From Candidatus Woesearchaeota archaeon (GTDB lineage: Archaea; Nanobdellota; Nanobdellia; Woesearchaeales; 21-14-0-10-32-9): a DNA stretch of 45,333 bases. A program made the translations under genes and the position numbers. The stretch covers positions 1 through 45,333 of the forward strand of contig SKFY01000014.1 of assembly GCA_007117755.1 (NCBI GenBank), given 5' to 3'. Positions 44,301-45,333 of this stretch are shown piece after piece (the stretch's first letter is position 1; every line of letters begins with the position of its first letter). The notes under the pieces were generated by a model. That model searched no databases. It was not told the DNA's origin and saw only the letters and a program-made list of their open reading frames with translations.

Positions 44301-45333
44301 TGCAGGGAATGTCGTGTAGTCTTCTAAATAATCGCTTATTTCTGTTTGTATGGAGTAAGTGTTTTGGTAATCGCTTAGAGTAGTGGGATTATATGAAGTT
44401 CTTGAAAATGAGTTTTTAACAGATGCACTTATTAATTCGTCTGCTTCAAAGATACAGTAACTTGGCACATCAGTAGTTACTTTTAATTCATATGCTCTGT
44501 TTGCTAAGTGTGAAATTTCTGTAGGTATGAATTCAAAGCTTTCTATGATAGGAGCTTGGTAAGTTCCTACTTTAATACCTTTATATCTGTAATAAGTTTT
44601 TTGTGAGTACGGGTCTGATTCTCTACAAATAATGTGGAGAACTTCGTTATTTTCCACGTCTAAATCAGTGGTTGTGTGAGTTAGGCCGTTCTTGTTGAAA
44701 GTATTGGCTGCGAAGTTTCCGAAGCTTCTGTTAAGGTTGCTTTGATCGAAGTAGTCAAAGCCGTACCTACATTCTTCTACTGCTCTTTCTGTTCTAATGG
44801 TTAAATCAAATACTTGTTGGTCGTGGTAAGCGTTAACTTCTTCTATGTAAGGATTCGTGGGTGATTCTACTATTATGTCTAATCCGCTGTATCCTCTGAC
44901 TCCTTCACAATAAGGTGCTAGTACGTTTTCTATTTCTGTGTTTTCTGTTATTTCTGCGTAGTTTCCTATTTCATCTATAGCTTTTAATTGGATTGTTAAT
45001 GTTCCTTCTATTTCGTTTCTTGTTTTTCCTAGTATTTCTAGTACGTTTATAGTTGGTGAATTAGGATTGGCAGATCCTTCTTTTTCTTGTTGACCGTTTA
45101 AGCTTAAGGTGTAGTTGAATCTTTGTATTTCAGCGAATAATGTTTGGTCAGCATCGAAAGTTGCTGTTATAGATCCTCTACAATCATCAACTACTTCTAT
45201 GCTTAGATTGGTTGGTGGTTGATCGTCTCTTATTACTGTTCTTGATACTGATTCATAGCTTCCTGGTTCTCCACAATAAGCCACTATTGTATTTTCTCCA
45301 CGGGCGAAGTCACGTGTTGCTCTGAATTCGTGC
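38385..45333 (-). CDS. giant modular surface protein (5' end outside the window): at least 5 large modules, three Cys-rich repeats, a TM helix and a Ser/Lys-rich tail
   Basis: The frame stays open to the window edge. The track's 'M' at 45284 is an internal GTG; upstream codons read ...HEFRATRDFARGENTIVAYCGEP with no stop. More than 2,315 aa are visible. See the repeat features and findings. Confidence 0.85.
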   Translation of the reverse strand, partial: HEFRATRDFARGENTIVAYCGEPGSYESVSRTVIRDDQPPTNLSIEVVDDCRGSITATFDADQTLFAEIQRFNYTLSLNGQQEKEGSANPNSPTINVLEILGKTRNEIEGTLTIQLKAIDEIGNYAEITENTEIENVLAPYCEGVRGYSGLDIIVESPTNPYIEEVNAYHDQQVFDLTIRTERAVEECRYGFDYFDQSNLNRSFGNFAANTFNKNGLTHTTTDLDVENNEVLHIICRESDPYSQKTYYRYKGIKVGTYQAPIIESFEFIPTEISHLANRAYELKVTTDVPSYCIFEADELISASVKNSFSRTSYNPTTLSDYQNTYSIQTEISDYLEDYTTFPASVTCYSLSSQSSTASTLLISNMTDTTDFWFASSSSEVFFTDDLDIVVESLVPGMSCSYTVNGESTGTLSESVNNNLRIYSSAFNFNNYGNYSVDVICNGNNINTWVYKDDRGPTGIDANIFDDCVNDITVEFRGGIDTGIGFEHYEYDLTFTYGSNSHSAKGFTTSEFSALEKLGLSNRASLEGGVLRVEARNVDKLGNKGDSLSTDFLVQEVNSDYCLRQRQLDSLNIEILNPTNEYVEELNAFSPDESIDLTLRTDRSVDCRYGFEGFGRNLSFTYGTYSQQVLESINGLQHSVQELFVGDAEELFIICRESTEFIDLFFGEKILVGAYEEPTMNVEIIPSPITSGLIRSFKVSTETDIPSYCFAEPDALLANELRSDFNNAYLITTSVENYNTLYEENNVFEEYIPSNRLFNIDITCYSLSGLHSTERAVVSTDMTLNTNYTFIGDLQSGHYTKQDNVDVKIRGFRDDMSCRAQTGGVEKQLVLGEDLVYSANFNIQRGNNTISAWCDDEETITTWAYRDDQGPVGLEVNLKDNCLNNIQLELLNAFDEGVGIENYEYEIIATHTDNNEIVRSGFTQQTDIDVLELFNTAGNRKVYEGFTIQAFASAIDKLGNKGQRVSDEIFIHPAASQTCLEELGYDYLDIKVEEPRNPYGITDLAFSHEEVFDIKIRTHRPVEECRYNFLSLSEDEFEREFRNHPLNTLEKVSDVLFVLEDLSLGLEGVNQIYDLTIICTDEFGQYKGDTIRTGFYPDEPEIELFLVPELIKDGIGRSYNLFAYSDIPTICRFESEELEQLTMGGFIRNPSFTPINLDDYRTEYEELSKRFEDPLTTPREFPINLTCESLSGLTSSVVKNLRTDMTTTQSFDILVSEFSTSDVVPLLLQATVEDNCLYSIGDTNNFQEFEDYLEHYFNIEQLAETLFSGMDSGSEEVIDLSSVDMEEHLYFTRLQLESGYNTVYAMCERDPNVISQTVLVDNQPPYDTFIRVQDDVCTEVLDMTFEAESLYSEISHYEYVLTGANNNVLRDEIVEGEQGVLSVDLNELYGGLDYHETDLTILVRAVSESGNKGNIVDRTVTLRDPNDQFCVERAGMDTLEVVVLEPLTTPIENPNFAFSEESSYDIVIETEREDVHCKYSLGNTQNRAPSQLYADYSNEFTPNGRIHTATNFSLGELSEERTYALNIVCYEESINWHHYASIAVGSYPNPPSIDTLEFDPETVTDTNRKSFETIVETNIPSYCTLNSLQLEVEGLLEGGFQRSAQSQPSYLTDFSTTYDEENVFSEIIPETRDFDITVTCTNLAGLENSRTATLTSDMSEDQVIRIVAPPTHFNEESQEIILETVLRDTCYYSINNNTPDSFVRFDDPSYVEGINVYTAQENFELGRHTIRAYCENAQFDNVVARNVLRDTSKPSEVNITLDDNICGDTISFSFRAEDRISGIDHYEYSVAVYDNEYNESVFYNRTTSSRSANVPIDRLVFDRESIIGEEVQIIVRAVDKAGNYGDWSQRFSRVLEPENIRCDFTPPLGRLDKNLRADGTYEISVMCHDDHSGCDEQARYSIHKDLDEECTFDKNIMANTGFFTLSSTARVCYSVQDKNNNEFNNSEIVTFEYPPHCFNNRMDADLGETGIDCGGPCEPCSTGNTCTADEDCDSGYCNPQGICAAASCFDGIKNQGESDIDCGGPNCVACTEGRSCFVDSDCESLNCEDGICAAASCFDGIKNQGESDIDCGGPCEPCNVDQKCQQHSDCITGYCENNICTTPRQDTIVEDVTERDSKLMWVLALISFLIGLGLIIFDYYNKQKKGGSRGGSINSSPGLNKNIEEFEESPNKVQLEKVEDISVTEERERKAKMALKNRLDTRKKLFKEFESKDKKTSSSAKKQQSSDKTTSGSKSSSESQSSDSSKKTSSSSSSSTSSASSSSSSSSQTKKQEKKTESKSDSDKSKTSKKSDSDKKSDEFESLSQDEIFDKLKKI
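39115..39185. repeat. copy 1 of a perfect 71-nt direct repeat
   Basis: cctccacaatctatatcagactcaccctgattcttaataccatcaaagcaagaagcagcagcacaaatacc is identical to 39262-39332. Confidence 0.9.
39262..39332. repeat. copy 2 of a perfect 71-nt direct repeat (offset 147 nt = 49 codons)
   Basis: Identical string to 39115-39185. Both copies encode GICAAASCFDGIKNQGESDIDCGG. A diverged third copy lies at ~39408-39430. Confidence 0.9.
39735..45333 (-). repeat. protein-level tandem modules of ~415-455 aa (diverged at the DNA level)
   Basis: Module starts are marked by a recurring anchor: RDDQPP (nt ~45230), KDDRGP (~43979), RDDQGP (~42737), VDNQPP (~41375) and RDTSKP (~40088). Each anchor is followed by ..DD.C......F......G.-.YEY, D-x-x-GN-x-G, NPY...VFDL.IRT.R.VEECRY, IIC.E, (D)IPSYC and TC.SLSGL landmarks. 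The tail of a further module sits at the window edge. Confidence 0.8.

Noticed and set aside
25089-45333. Whether the 20-kb array is a provirus or integrated mobile element, given the lytic enzymes and giant 'fibre-like' protein
   Set aside because: I recognised no integrase, recombinase, terminase, portal, capsid, replication or packaging genes. There is no flanking tRNA or direct repeats within the window. The uniform class III signals point to a cellular surface system. The right boundary is not visible, so this cannot be fully excluded.

Overview
This is an AT-rich archaeal chromosomal segment (two 60-nt lines I counted by hand gave 27% and 37% GC). Archaeal hallmark genes are present: an HMf-type histone, Hjc resolvase, NAC-alpha, MBF1, Sec61-beta, an RPA-like OB-fold protein, RNase Z, HtpX and LemA. 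Two structured RNAs on the minus strand were recognised from universally conserved motifs: SRP/7S RNA at about 10534-10797 and RNase P RNA at about 20589-20900. Small genes, low GC and many leaderless-looking TATA-to-ATG spacings suggest a small-genome, DPANN-like archaeon; this is an inference. The left ~10 kb is a mixed-strand patch of small accessory enzymes (glycosyltransferase, 2H phosphoesterase, GrpB, two nucleotidyltransferases, P-loop kinase, GNAT, SAM methyltransferase, HIT-like, peptidase S51, DUF955-like and C39-like peptidases). The right 20 kb (25089-45333) lies entirely on the minus strand. It is an uninterrupted, tightly packed array of 19 genes. Seventeen of them begin with a class III (type IV prepilin-like) signal, [KR]-[GAS] followed by Q/E/L and a hydrophobic helix. 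Three of the 17 are mini-ORFs missing from the supplied ORF track. The array also holds a surface protein of more than 2,300 aa built from ~415-455-aa modules, whose 5' end lies outside the window. Other members are a BspA-type LRR protein, a TPM-like protein, small six-cysteine pilin candidates and two adjacent peptidoglycan-lytic enzymes (Amidase_2 and MltA/3D-like). I regard this as a candidate undescribed pilus-like surface or host-interaction apparatus. I recognised no CRISPR array, tRNA, rRNA, transposase or integrase.
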